The position numbers and the translations under genes were made by a program. DNA of 64,000 bases, taken from positions 1 through 64,000 of the forward strand of contig JBILLK010000014.1 in assembly GCA_044376115.1 (NCBI GenBank). The letters run 5' to 3'. Position 1 is the first letter of the stretch; each line of letters opens with the position of its first letter. Of this stretch, positions 40,341 to 49,139 are shown one piece after another. The notes beneath the pieces are model-generated. The model searched no databases. It saw nothing but the letters and a program-made list of their open reading frames with translations, and was not told the origin of the DNA. This DNA comes from Polyangiaceae bacterium. GTDB taxonomy: Bacteria > Myxococcota_A > Polyangia > Polyangiales > Polyangiaceae.

Positions 40341-41360
40341 TCATGGCATGAATACGCGGCCGGTTGCTACGTAACGTTGCATGCTTCGTACGCTGACCTT
40401 GAGCCGCGCCGCCGCCCGAGCCTTGTTCCCTTCTTCGAGGGCTAGCGCCGCCGCAACGAGTTGACGGGTAATCGCCTCGAGCCCGTCATCCACATTCACC
40501 GTTACCCGACTATCCAAAGGTTTCGGGTCGCCGGCAGGCCCTTCTTCGACACGAATCACCTCCAGAAGGTCTGCAACGCGCACGCTACGACCTGCACGCA
40601 AGAGGCACATGGTCTCCACCACATTGCGCAGCTGCCGAACATTCCCTGGCCAGTCATAGCGAAGCAACAGCGTCTGCGCCGGGCGACTAAACCGAGGGGG
40701 AGGCACACTATGTTTCCCTGACAGCTGAGAAACGAACTGGGACAAGAGCGGAGCGATGTCTGCGCGTCGCTCGCGCAAAGGCGGAACGTTCAGGGTGATA
40801 CCTTGTATTCGATAATAGAGATCAGCGCGAAACCGGCCTTCATGCACCTCGCGCTCGAGAGGCCTAAGCGTGGCGAACATCAACCGTACGTCGGCTTCGA
40901 TCTTGATAGCGCCGCCTACACGCATATAGCGTCGGTTCTCGAGGAACCGGAGCAGCTTCGCCTGCATCGCCAAGGGCATCTCGCCGATCTCATCGAGCAA
41001 TAACGTCCCTCCCTCGGCGGCCTCCACCTTACCCTTTGCGCGCTCGGTTGGGCCCGTAAACGCGCCGCGCTCGTGACCAAATAGCTCGCTCTCGAACAGG
41101 TTCTCCGGGATAGCGGCGCAGTTGATCGGGATAAACGGACCTTTGCGGCGCGCTGATAGCTCATGCGCGCGTCGCGCAAGGACCTCTTTCCCGGCCCCGC
41201 TCTCGCCAATGAGCGTAAGAGTTACCTCCTTAGCGGCGACCAGACGCAGGACCTTGTCGGCCTTTCGCATCGCAAGCGAATGCATTACCGGCGCAAACAC
41301 CACGTCAGGCTGTCGCTTTCTTCCGGTCACGACCGCCTTCGTAGCACGCCTGGGGCGCAA
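40341..41360 (-). CDS. Sigma54-dependent activator lacking an N-terminal sensor domain
   Basis: [52 protein letters not shown] and a C-terminal Fis-type HTH. Start uncertain. Confidence 0.9.
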   Translation of the reverse strand: MRPRRATKAVVTGRKRQPDVVFAPVMHSLAMRKADKVLRLVAAKEVTLTLIGESGAGKEVLARRAHELSARRKGPFIPINCAAIPENLFESELFGHERGAFTGPTERAKGKVEAAEGGTLLLDEIGEMPLAMQAKLLRFLENRRYMRVGGAIKIEADVRLMFATLRPLEREVHEGRFRADLYYRIQGITLNVPPLRERRADIAPLLSQFVSQLSGKHSVPPPRFSRPAQTLLLRYDWPGNVRQLRNVVETMCLLRAGRSVRVADLLEVIRVEEGPAGDPKPLDSRVTVNVDDGLEAITRQLVAAALALEEGNKARAAARLKVSVRSMQRYVATGRVFMP

Positions 41361-41439
41361 CGTGGATCCCTACTATGCAATGCAACCTTGCAGCTCGGGC
41401 AATGGGCCGAACTGGCGGGCTGGTGAGCCAGCTGGCCCG

Positions 41440-42189
41440 CTAATGGACGCCCAGGAAGTCCAAGATGGCGTGAATGAACGTCAATGGGTGCGGTGGACAA
41501 CCAGGGACAAGCAGACTCGGCCCTACCTGATCGAAGAACGCGCGGTCTACCCCGTCCCCATCTCGGTAAAGGCCGCCCGAGATCGCACAGGCGCCCACCG
41601 CCACAACAAACTTTGGCGCTGGCATACTCTCCCACGCGAGCCGAATGGCCTGCCTCATATTACTTGTGAGTGGGCCAGTGACGACCAACGCGTCGGCATG
41701 TCTGGGTGAAGCGACCCACTCAATTCCGTAACGCTGCAGGTCGAAGTTCACGTTCGCCACAGCATTCAGTTCAAGCTCACAAGCGTTGCAGCCGCCAGCG
41801 GACACTTGCCGCATCTTCAATGAGCGCCCAAAGATTGAGGCCACGCTCGCCGCAGCGATCGGCGGGAGGCCAGAGTCCCCCGCGGTCACTAAAAGGTCCT
41901 CTCTGCGAACGCTGCCCATACGCGTCTCTTCGCTAAAGGAAATCTTCTGAACCGGGCAACCGTCAGCGCAGGCATTGCAAAACACACAGGCGCCGAGGTC
42001 CAAACGAACGGGGCCCACTGAAATAGCCTGCGTGGGACACGCGTCTTTACAGCGCACGCAGTCAACTTCGCAGTCATCAGACTTGATGACCGGGAGCCCA
42101 CGGAAACCGCGCGGAACCGCCGCGCGCAGATCCTTGATGACAGGACTTCCTTGCGCCACTCGAACCCGGAGGGACTTGATTAAGCTCAC
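41440..42189 (-). CDS. hyfI: Hyf/Ehr small subunit (NuoB/HyfI-like) fused to a 2x[4Fe-4S] ferredoxin
   Basis: CVRCKDACP and CVFCNACADGCP. SAGGCNACELE, SPRHAD, GACAISGG and PGCPP. Confidence 0.85.
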   Translation of the reverse strand: MSLIKSLRVRVAQGSPVIKDLRAAVPRGFRGLPVIKSDDCEVDCVRCKDACPTQAISVGPVRLDLGACVFCNACADGCPVQKISFSEETRMGSVRREDLLVTAGDSGLPPIAAASVASIFGRSLKMRQVSAGGCNACELELNAVANVNFDLQRYGIEWVASPRHADALVVTGPLTSNMRQAIRLAWESMPAPKFVVAVGACAISGGLYRDGDGVDRAFFDQVGPSLLVPGCPPHPLTFIHAILDFLGVH

Positions 42190-43679
42190 AGGTCATTCCC
42201 GCAGTAAGAGAGGTCGAAGCTCTTGTTGCAGAGGGGAAAATCGGAGACTTCGTCGCCTCTCTGGGCGATGGCCAACCCCATCCAATTCCGAAAAGAAGGG
42301 TCCTGTACCTTGTAGTGAACGAGCTGTCCGTCAGCCCCTGTTTCCAAGCAATGCAGAAGCTCGCCTCGCACGCCCTCCTTGATCGCTACAGCAAGGGACG
42401 CAGGAGAAAGCTTCAAAGGAGGCTGGCTGGAGGCGGCCCCTACCGCGGCCTCCTTCGTGCAGGTCTTTAACACATTGCAAGCAAGCGCCTGGCTGAGCCA
42501 ACCGAGCGAGGCCGTCATTTCGTCGATTCGGATAGTGGCTCGCGCAAAGCAATCTCCGTCCTTGGCCGCTGCGCACTCTAACGAGATCTCACGGTATGGC
42601 CCGTCGGCCAGCCCGAATCTCGCGTCCACTGGAACTCCCGACGCGCGAGCAGCAACGCCCACCACTCCGAGCTCTTGGGCATCACCGGGACTTAGGGCCC
42701 CAACGCCGACGAATCGGTGATGTGCGCTCTGCGTGCTAACGAAGTAGTCATTCAATGTGGACAGGTCTGTGACTACTCCTTTCAACTGCGTGGCAACATC
42801 CTCCAGCGCCAAAAGCCGCGGGCGGCCCCCCAAGCCACCTGGCCTCACGGCGCCTCGACCGAACCGACTGCCGCATAGCCGCATCATGCCGTTAATCACT
42901 ATAGTGCGCAGACGCCCATAACCCGTGGCGGCCTGAAGCAGGCCGATGTCGGCTGCCAACGCCGAAAGAGTAGCCATATGCATGCCCACTCGTTCGAGTT
43001 CGAGCAGGACTGCGCGCATCAATTCATCCCCAGGAGCAACCGCAACGTTGGCCAATGACTCGAGCGCAGCACAGTACGCCCAACTATTTCCTATGCTGGT
43101 ATCTCCGGCGATCGTCTCGACCAGGGGCGCTAGCAGACGCGAATCCCTTTGCAAGAGAAGCGGCTCTACCCCCCGATGTTGGTAGCCCAGCTGGACCTCA
43201 AGGTGAAAGACCTGCTCCCCACGACACTGAAAACGAAATGACCCCGGTTCGATTACGCCCGCATGAATAGGTCCGACGGCTACTTCATGCACCTCTTTAC
43301 CGGCGATTGAGTAGTACGGGTACGTGGCCATATCGGCTCCCCGTGGCGAACGGACGGGCTTGAGCCAGGGGTGATTGTCGATCCGAACTGACGTTTGCTC
43401 GAAAATCTCGCGCTCAAAGCAATGCCAAGCTGGCCAATCCGGCGTCAGGCTCACATAGCCTTTGAGCGGATCGAGGAGCACGCGCGAAGCCGAGATCGAG
43501 CCAGTAGGATCGACGAATACACTGGTCACGAGCACGCCTTGCGTTGACCTTCGACCAAAGGCGATCAGCAGCCGCTGCCCGGCGCTACGCCGCTCTAGAC
43601 AGTCTGCTCGCCACGTAGCGGCGTCCCACGTGGCGATCGAGTCCAGCGCTACACAAGAAACCGCGTGTAGAGGATTCAC
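42186..43679 (-). CDS. hyfG: Hyf/Ehr large subunit (NuoCD/HyfG-like) without NiFe-binding CxxC motifs
   Basis: FEREIFEQ, VGPIHAGVIEPG and GYQHRGVE. ETIAGD stands where RxCxxC would be, and the C-terminus is DLSYCGNDL. Confidence 0.85.
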   Translation of the reverse strand: MNPLHAVSCVALDSIATWDAATWRADCLERRSAGQRLLIAFGRRSTQGVLVTSVFVDPTGSISASRVLLDPLKGYVSLTPDWPAWHCFEREIFEQTSVRIDNHPWLKPVRSPRGADMATYPYYSIAGKEVHEVAVGPIHAGVIEPGSFRFQCRGEQVFHLEVQLGYQHRGVEPLLLQRDSRLLAPLVETIAGDTSIGNSWAYCAALESLANVAVAPGDELMRAVLLELERVGMHMATLSALAADIGLLQAATGYGRLRTIVINGMMRLCGSRFGRGAVRPGGLGGRPRLLALEDVATQLKGVVTDLSTLNDYFVSTQSAHHRFVGVGALSPGDAQELGVVGVAARASGVPVDARFGLADGPYREISLECAAAKDGDCFARATIRIDEMTASLGWLSQALACNVLKTCTKEAAVGAASSQPPLKLSPASLAVAIKEGVRGELLHCLETGADGQLVHYKVQDPSFRNWMGLAIAQRGDEVSDFPLCNKSFDLSYCGNDL

Positions 43680-45076
43680 TGTTGCCCCAAAGATGCGGCC
43701 ACTTCACGTATGAGCTGATTGACCGATTGCGGGATGTACACACCGAGAACCACCAAAGCCAGAAGGAAGACGACCTTCGGCCAGGCAGAGAGCAAGGTCT
43801 GACGTGGCCAAGCCGCGTGTGCCTGCGGCTCACCCCAGATCATCGGAAAGATGGTTCTGCCTGTTGCAACAAACGTTACGGTAATGAGCACGCAGAACGT
43901 CGCGAACACAAACATGTGGTTCGAGCTGACCAGTGCCGAGAGAATCAGCAGCTCGCCAAAGAAGCTCCCAAAGGGAGGGAACCCAAGCAAGGCGAAGGTT
44001 CCTATCATTAGAAAGAGACCGCTATAAGGCAGATCCTTGAGTAGTCCCGATATCTTCCGCGTGTCCTTCGTTCGGTAGTGGTCTTTGATCTTTCCGCACG
44101 TCAGAAACAAGATCGCTTTGATAAAGGCGTTGCTCAAGACGTAGAGCAGCACCCCGTAAGATGCACCGTCGCCGATCGCCAAGCCGATCGCAATTACCCC
44201 CGCATGATTGATCGAAGCGTAGGCAACCAATCGCTTAACATTTCGAACAGCTACTATATTGAAGGTCGATACCAACATTGACATGACCCCCATCGTCATC
44301 AGCTCTGACGAGACAAGCTGACTACACCCGGGCCTAAACATCTCAACGACACGGAAGATCATCAGCAGCGTCGCATTGAATTGCACGGCCCCTAGCAGCG
44401 CAGTCACCGCAGGGGGAGCCTCATCGTAGGCCTCCGGGAGCCAGGAGTACATAGGAGCCAACCCAAGCTTGGTACCCAAGCCGAGCAACATGAGCGCGAC
44501 GCCCAACTTCTCCCAGCGGTCTGCGCTCCCACTCGCCCGCGACTGCATCTCACTAATGAACAATTCGCCACTAGCGCCATCCGACCTCGCGAGGCAGGTG
44601 AACCCGAGCAGAACCAGACCCAAGCCGACTGAGGAAAAGAGCAGATAGTGGAAAGACGCCTGCCTTGACGCAGGAGAATGAGGTCGAACGATAAGCAACG
44701 TTGCAGCGAGAGCCGTGCACTCCAACGCTATCCACATTACGTAAAGTTTATTGGCAAGGAAGACCACATTGGTCGCGACGAGCAATACAATCGCAAGCGG
44801 AACAAAGCGCTTCATCTCGGCGCCAAGCTCCGGCACCACCTGGAGACGGCTCCAAACGTAAACAGCGATACCGAGAAAGATCGGGTTTACGAAGGCGAGG
44901 AAGAGGCGGGAGCTAGCGTCAACGCATAGATAGCCGTTGAGCAGCGGCGCGACGGACGGGCGGGCGGCCGCATAAACTGACAGCGCGGAAGCCAGCAGCC
45001 CGCAGGCTACAAGCACAAGCGCAGCAGCAGAGCCTCGCTGAGGCCGGGCAAGCAGCTCCGGCTGCATTGCGGTCAT
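43676..45076 (-). CDS. hyfF: Proton-translocating antiporter-like subunit (HyfF-like)
   Basis: MWIALE, TKLGLAPMYSWLPEAY, KRLVAYASINHAG and GFPPFGSFFGE. Confidence 0.85.
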   Translation of the reverse strand: MTAMQPELLARPQRGSAAALVLVACGLLASALSVYAAARPSVAPLLNGYLCVDASSRLFLAFVNPIFLGIAVYVWSRLQVVPELGAEMKRFVPLAIVLLVATNVVFLANKLYVMWIALECTALAATLLIVRPHSPASRQASFHYLLFSSVGLGLVLLGFTCLARSDGASGELFISEMQSRASGSADRWEKLGVALMLLGLGTKLGLAPMYSWLPEAYDEAPPAVTALLGAVQFNATLLMIFRVVEMFRPGCSQLVSSELMTMGVMSMLVSTFNIVAVRNVKRLVAYASINHAGVIAIGLAIGDGASYGVLLYVLSNAFIKAILFLTCGKIKDHYRTKDTRKISGLLKDLPYSGLFLMIGTFALLGFPPFGSFFGELLILSALVSSNHMFVFATFCVLITVTFVATGRTIFPMIWGEPQAHAAWPRQTLLSAWPKVVFLLALVVLGVYIPQSVNQLIREVAASLGQQ

Positions 45077-45589
45077 AGGCCTCGACCCTTGGACTCGGCG
45101 AGTCCTCGTTCCGACAGCGGGGTCGTTGCTGGAATTCCAGCGAGGTAGTTTCGAAAGAGCAGTACCGTCCCCAGGAACGCAAGCTCCAATGCCAGCTTGA
45201 TACCCCAAGGCAACCGATGTCCCTCGATACCAAGCTCCATCAATGCAATACCGTTCTCGATGCGCAGGGCGCCTATGACTTGCGCAAACGGCCCTGACTG
45301 GTTCGCCAGCACCAGGAACCCCAGAAGCACCGCGGAGGCGGCAACCGCAACGAGCGTCCGTTGGTCACCCGGCGCGGGCACCATGACCTCGGAGAAGCTG
45401 AAGGAACTGAGCACAATCGCCAAGGCGAGTGTCCAACCAATCCGCAGCGGTCTCGGGAGAGTGGAGCCGGGACGCGAGCAGACTCATCAGTAGGCCTTGG
45501 CAGGACAGCCCGAGGAGGCTCGTCCGCCACGTCGCGACGAACAGGGGAAGCACCAATACGCCCAAGAGTGCAACTAGTAGTGGGCTCAC
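45073..45589 (-). pseudogene. hyfE: hyfE-like subunit, frameshifted and probably internally deleted
   Basis: GTGA and ATGA overlaps with hyfC and hyfF fix both ends, and the 517-nt span is not a multiple of 3. The N-half (VSPLLVALL...ADWL) and C-half (WTLALAIV...LRIENGI) are in different frames, joined near 45430-45442. Confidence 0.7.
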
Positions 45590-46506
45590 GGTTGCACCAT
45601 CGGCCGCCAAGCAGTGGCTAACAAACCTACGGCCGACATCGCCAGCGCTATCGCTATATAGCTTGGTATTGCCCGCATTTTTAGGCGGCCCACCAAGGAT
45701 TCTACCGTACCGAACAGCACGGCGATAAGCAGGCAAACCCCTAATTGCGCAAGGGCAGCGATACCAGTCGATGTACCGCCAAGCGGATTGAGGAGACTAG
45801 CCACGAGCGAGGTGGTCACCATTAGCTTCAGGGCGAGCCCCCACTGAATAGCAGCCAAATCGGGGCCACAATGATCGAGCACCATCACCTCGTGGACCAT
45901 GGTCAGCTCCAGATGTGTAGCGGAGTCCCCAACCGGGATTCGCCCCGTCTCTACCTGCGTGATGAGCAACAACGCGCATACACTCAGTGCCCACACCACT
46001 GGGGAGACGCTGCTCCCAGCGCCATGCACGGCCTCCCCTAACGAGTGCGCCCCAGAACCAAGGCAGAGCGCGCCGAAAACACAGAAGAGAGCTGGTTCGA
46101 GCAAGGCCGAAAACGTTGCCTCACGTGCAGCGCCCATACCTTGGAACGAGCTACCAGTATCCAGCGCAGCGAGGATCAACGCCCCTCGACCAAGCGCCCA
46201 TACGTAGGCAAGCCATACGAAGTCGTAGCGGAAGCTAACCAACGAGTCACCGCCCCAAAGTGGAACCAACGGGACGACGGCGAGACTCGTTGCCAAGAAT
46301 ACCCAGGGGCCGAGTCTGAAGACGTGTGTGACGCCATCACCGCTTAGACTCTGCTTACGCAACAATCGAATAACGTCAAAGAGCAGCTGAAACAGCGGGG
46401 GCCCCTTGCGACCCGACCACAACGCTTTCGTCCGCTGGATTGTGCCGTGGAGAAAAAATGGAAGCACCCCTAGCGCGAAGCTCAACTTGATTATCAGCAT
46501 CACCAT
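45586..46506 (-). CDS. hyfC: NuoH/HyfC-like membrane subunit
   Basis: GRKGPPLFQ, LDTGSSFQGMGAARE and ETGRIP...THLELTMVHE. Confidence 0.88.
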   Translation of the reverse strand: MVMLIIKLSFALGVLPFFLHGTIQRTKALWSGRKGPPLFQLLFDVIRLLRKQSLSGDGVTHVFRLGPWVFLATSLAVVPLVPLWGGDSLVSFRYDFVWLAYVWALGRGALILAALDTGSSFQGMGAAREATFSALLEPALFCVFGALCLGSGAHSLGEAVHGAGSSVSPVVWALSVCALLLITQVETGRIPVGDSATHLELTMVHEVMVLDHCGPDLAAIQWGLALKLMVTTSLVASLLNPLGGTSTGIAALAQLGVCLLIAVLFGTVESLVGRLKMRAIPSYIAIALAMSAVGLLATAWRPMVQP

Positions 46507-48482
46507 GACGCCCCTGTACCGAGCGCAAGCGCGCCAATCAGCGCCAAGGCGATGAGCCCAGCGGCAAAGGCAAACTTTGGCTGTTCGGAGATCCGACCAG
46601 CGGTTTGGCCCGCGAGCTTCTCGCCTTGAAGGACAACCTCAAAGACGCGCTGCTCCACAGCATCCGGGACACGCGTCGCGAGATGGCCGGGCTGCGTGGG
46701 AAAGAACTCGACCGGAAGGCTAGCGCTTCTTTCGCTAGGAATGAACGAGTCGAAGACTCGGCCAAGTTGCTCGGAGAAGGAGCTACCGGTGTATTGCATT
46801 CGAGAGTTGAGTTCGGTGTACCCGCAAGCCCACACGGCCGATTTCTTTTGGCTCTGGGCTTGCCAAGCCCGACCTACCATCGCCAAGAACAGCAGCACGG
46901 CTAGACCGCGACTTGCCCAAAGCATTCCAGTGAGAGGCTCGAGTACCTGGGGCGGCGCAGTGGAGAACGGCAATCGGGATAAGACGCCTCCCAAGAGTCG
47001 CAGACCTAACTCTGGAACAAGCCCGAACAGCAAGACGCCGAGCGCCTGAAGTACGAGCGCTAGCATCATTGTTCGAGGAGGGTCTTGTGCGTCTCTCGAG
47101 GTTGTCTCGCGGGGACTCCCCAGAAACACGATGCCAAAGGCTCGCACCATGCTCAGCAAGCTCACTGCGCCGACAAAAGCCAGCACTGAGGCGCAGGCCG
47201 CCAACCCAACGTTCGAGGAAGGAGACGGGGCGTTGCCCGAAAGCAACGCACCATAGATTACGAACTCACCCACGAAGCCGTTTAGTGGCGGCAGTGCACA
47301 GCTGGCCATCGCTCCAAACAGGAACAACATCGCCGTGCGCGGCATTTTCTTGCTCAAGCCACCTAGCCGCTCGAGGTCTACCGTGCCCATCGCACGATGA
47401 ACCGCGCCAGCCGCAAAAAAGAGCAAGCACTTGAAGATTGCGTGATTGAGGATGTGCAAGAGCCCACCGGTGAAGCCGGCGAAACACAGCGCGGGTTCGT
47501 CCCACGTCCAGCCCAAGAGGCCCACGCCAATACCTATTGCGGCAATACCGACGTTCTCTGTGGATGAGTAGCCGAGCAGTCGCTTGAGGTCCCGTTGGGT
47601 TGTTGAGTAAAGCACTCCAAAAAAGGCGGATACCATGCCAAAAGTGAGGACACTCCAGCCCATCCATTCGTCCGGCTTCCCCATCAAGAAGACGAACCTG
47701 AGTAGCCCGAACAGCCCGGCCTTGTGAATGACTCCGGACATCAGCGCTGAGACATGTGCTGGAGCAGCGGCGTGCGCTCTCGGCAGCCAGAAGTGGAATG
47801 GGAAGAACGCTGACTTGATTGCAAAGGAGGTTCCTAGCAACAGGAACAGCGTTCCCCTCGCCGGAGTGGGCTGACGTAAGAACTCCCCGAAGTCTCTGAA
47901 GTCCATCGAGTTGGTCTTGCTGTGGAGCAGCATGAAGGCAGCTACGAGCACGAAGAGGCCTACGTGAGTCGACACCAGATAGCTAAACCCAGCAAAGCGG
48001 GTCCTCTGATTCTGATAGTCCCAGATAACCAAAAGCCAGGCGGAGACTGCGGCGATCTCCCAGCCAAGCAAAAAGACCAAGGCATTTTGGGCGGTGTAAA
48101 CCAACACAAACGCGACCATGGTCGTATTGAGCAAGGCATAGTGTGGGCCGCCGCGCCGCCCTTTTAGAATTGCTCTTTGGAGATAGCCTGACGCGTATAG
48201 CGTCCCAAGAAAGGTCAAGGGCAGGGACCACGCGAGGAAGAAGGAACCGAGTGCGTCCAAGCGGAATACAATGCTATCGATTGGCGAGGACCAAGCCCAA
48301 GTTGCCTCTATTGGGGTGCCGCCGCCAAGAGTGCTCGCAATGCCGATCAACACGCACAGCACGCCCACGAATTGAGACACGAGAGTTGCCATCAGCACCG
48401 CGGCGTTGGAACGCAGCGCTAACGACAGCCCCGCCCCCACTAACAACACGGGGATACTCGCGAGGACCAGCGCTAACATCAT
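46500..48482 (-). CDS. hyfB: HyfB-like antiporter subunit
   Basis: FLLGWE, PFHFWLPRAHAAAP, DLKRLLGYSSTENVG, NHAIFKCLLF, LPPLNGFVGE and WACGY...MQYT. Confidence 0.88.
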   Translation of the reverse strand: MMLALVLASIPVLLVGAGLSLALRSNAAVLMATLVSQFVGVLCVLIGIASTLGGGTPIEATWAWSSPIDSIVFRLDALGSFFLAWSLPLTFLGTLYASGYLQRAILKGRRGGPHYALLNTTMVAFVLVYTAQNALVFLLGWEIAAVSAWLLVIWDYQNQRTRFAGFSYLVSTHVGLFVLVAAFMLLHSKTNSMDFRDFGEFLRQPTPARGTLFLLLGTSFAIKSAFFPFHFWLPRAHAAAPAHVSALMSGVIHKAGLFGLLRFVFLMGKPDEWMGWSVLTFGMVSAFFGVLYSTTQRDLKRLLGYSSTENVGIAAIGIGVGLLGWTWDEPALCFAGFTGGLLHILNHAIFKCLLFFAAGAVHRAMGTVDLERLGGLSKKMPRTAMLFLFGAMASCALPPLNGFVGEFVIYGALLSGNAPSPSSNVGLAACASVLAFVGAVSLLSMVRAFGIVFLGSPRETTSRDAQDPPRTMMLALVLQALGVLLFGLVPELGLRLLGGVLSRLPFSTAPPQVLEPLTGMLWASRGLAVLLFLAMVGRAWQAQSQKKSAVWACGYTELNSRMQYTGSSFSEQLGRVFDSFIPSERSASLPVEFFPTQPGHLATRVPDAVEQRVFEVVLQGEKLAGQTAGRISEQPKFAFAAGLIALALIGALALGTGASW

Positions 48483-48510
48483 GGCCCCGCGTTCAGCGAG
48501 TATCCGTTGC

Positions 48511-48897
48511 TCATGGCAACCGCCTCCAGTGGTGCCGCAGCGCATCTAGGATGGCCCAACCGAATACGGGTTTGGAAATGATAACGGGGGCAATAGCGTC
48601 GCCAACTGACGCGAGAGCGGGCGCCAAGCGCTGATGAGCATTGGTAACGACAACGAGCAACAGGCCCGTTCGCGCAGCCCGAACGCCGTCAATCCAGCGA
48701 ACTACTCGTTCTGGGGCAAACTCGTCTGGAAAGAGGACAACCGCTGAGACGGCGACCCCCAGCTCCTCCACCGCGCCAAGCTCGGTGGTCGCGCGACACG
48801 AGACACCTACCGTTGCTAGGTATTCCTGTAAGCCCCCGGTGGTCTGCTTGCTTTCGGCGACGACCACGACTGGGCCCTTGGCTATGCCAGTGCGCAT
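48511..48897 (-). CDS. Small receiver-like (pseudo-receiver) protein at the head of the hyf/Ehr operon
   Basis: Alternating beta/alpha pattern VVVVAES...AVVLFPD...LLVVVT...IISKP, with no canonical acidic pocket. Confidence 0.5.
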   Translation of the reverse strand: MRTGIAKGPVVVVAESKQTTGGLQEYLATVGVSCRATTELGAVEELGVAVSAVVLFPDEFAPERVVRWIDGVRAARTGLLLVVVTNAHQRLAPALASVGDAIAPVIISKPVFGWAILDALRHHWRRLP

Positions 48898-48908
48898 ATC
48901 GGGCAAGT

Positions 48909-48925
48909 AGCAATCGTCAGACCCG
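48909..48925 (-). promoter_or_regulatory. Candidate sigma54 -24/-12 promoter
   Basis: Minus strand CGGGTCTGACGATTGCT gives GG-N10-GC with TTGCT. The predicted start falls at about the ATG 48897. It lacks the consensus TGGCAC. Confidence 0.35.
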
Positions 48926-48985
48926 ACCCTTTTTACCGCGGGCTGACGCGGATGGCGTGAGACGCGCGAGCATATTCCGCACAAA

Positions 48986-48998
48986 CGACAAAATGTCG
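48986..48998. promoter_or_regulatory. Palindrome CGACA-AAA-TGTCG, candidate activator-binding site
   Basis: Perfect 5-bp inverted repeat about 90-100 nt upstream of the operon's first ATG. Confidence 0.35.
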
Positions 48999-49139
48999 CA
49001 CCGATTCGGCATGCTTAGAGCGAGATGCGCCATGTACTACAGCATCTTCGGCCCTGCTGCTGAACTTCCGCCACTCGAGACAGGCGCAAAGGCAGTCGAG
49101 TGGCGACACAGGGAAGGTCGTCGTCGACGGGTATGCCGG

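Noticed and set aside
41415..41440. Hairpin after hyfI as an intrinsic terminator
   Set aside because: A GC stem is present but with no convincing U-tract on the minus strand.
42186..43679. True [NiFe]-hydrogenase large subunit
   Set aside because: Both Ni-binding CxxC motifs are missing and no maturation genes are nearby.
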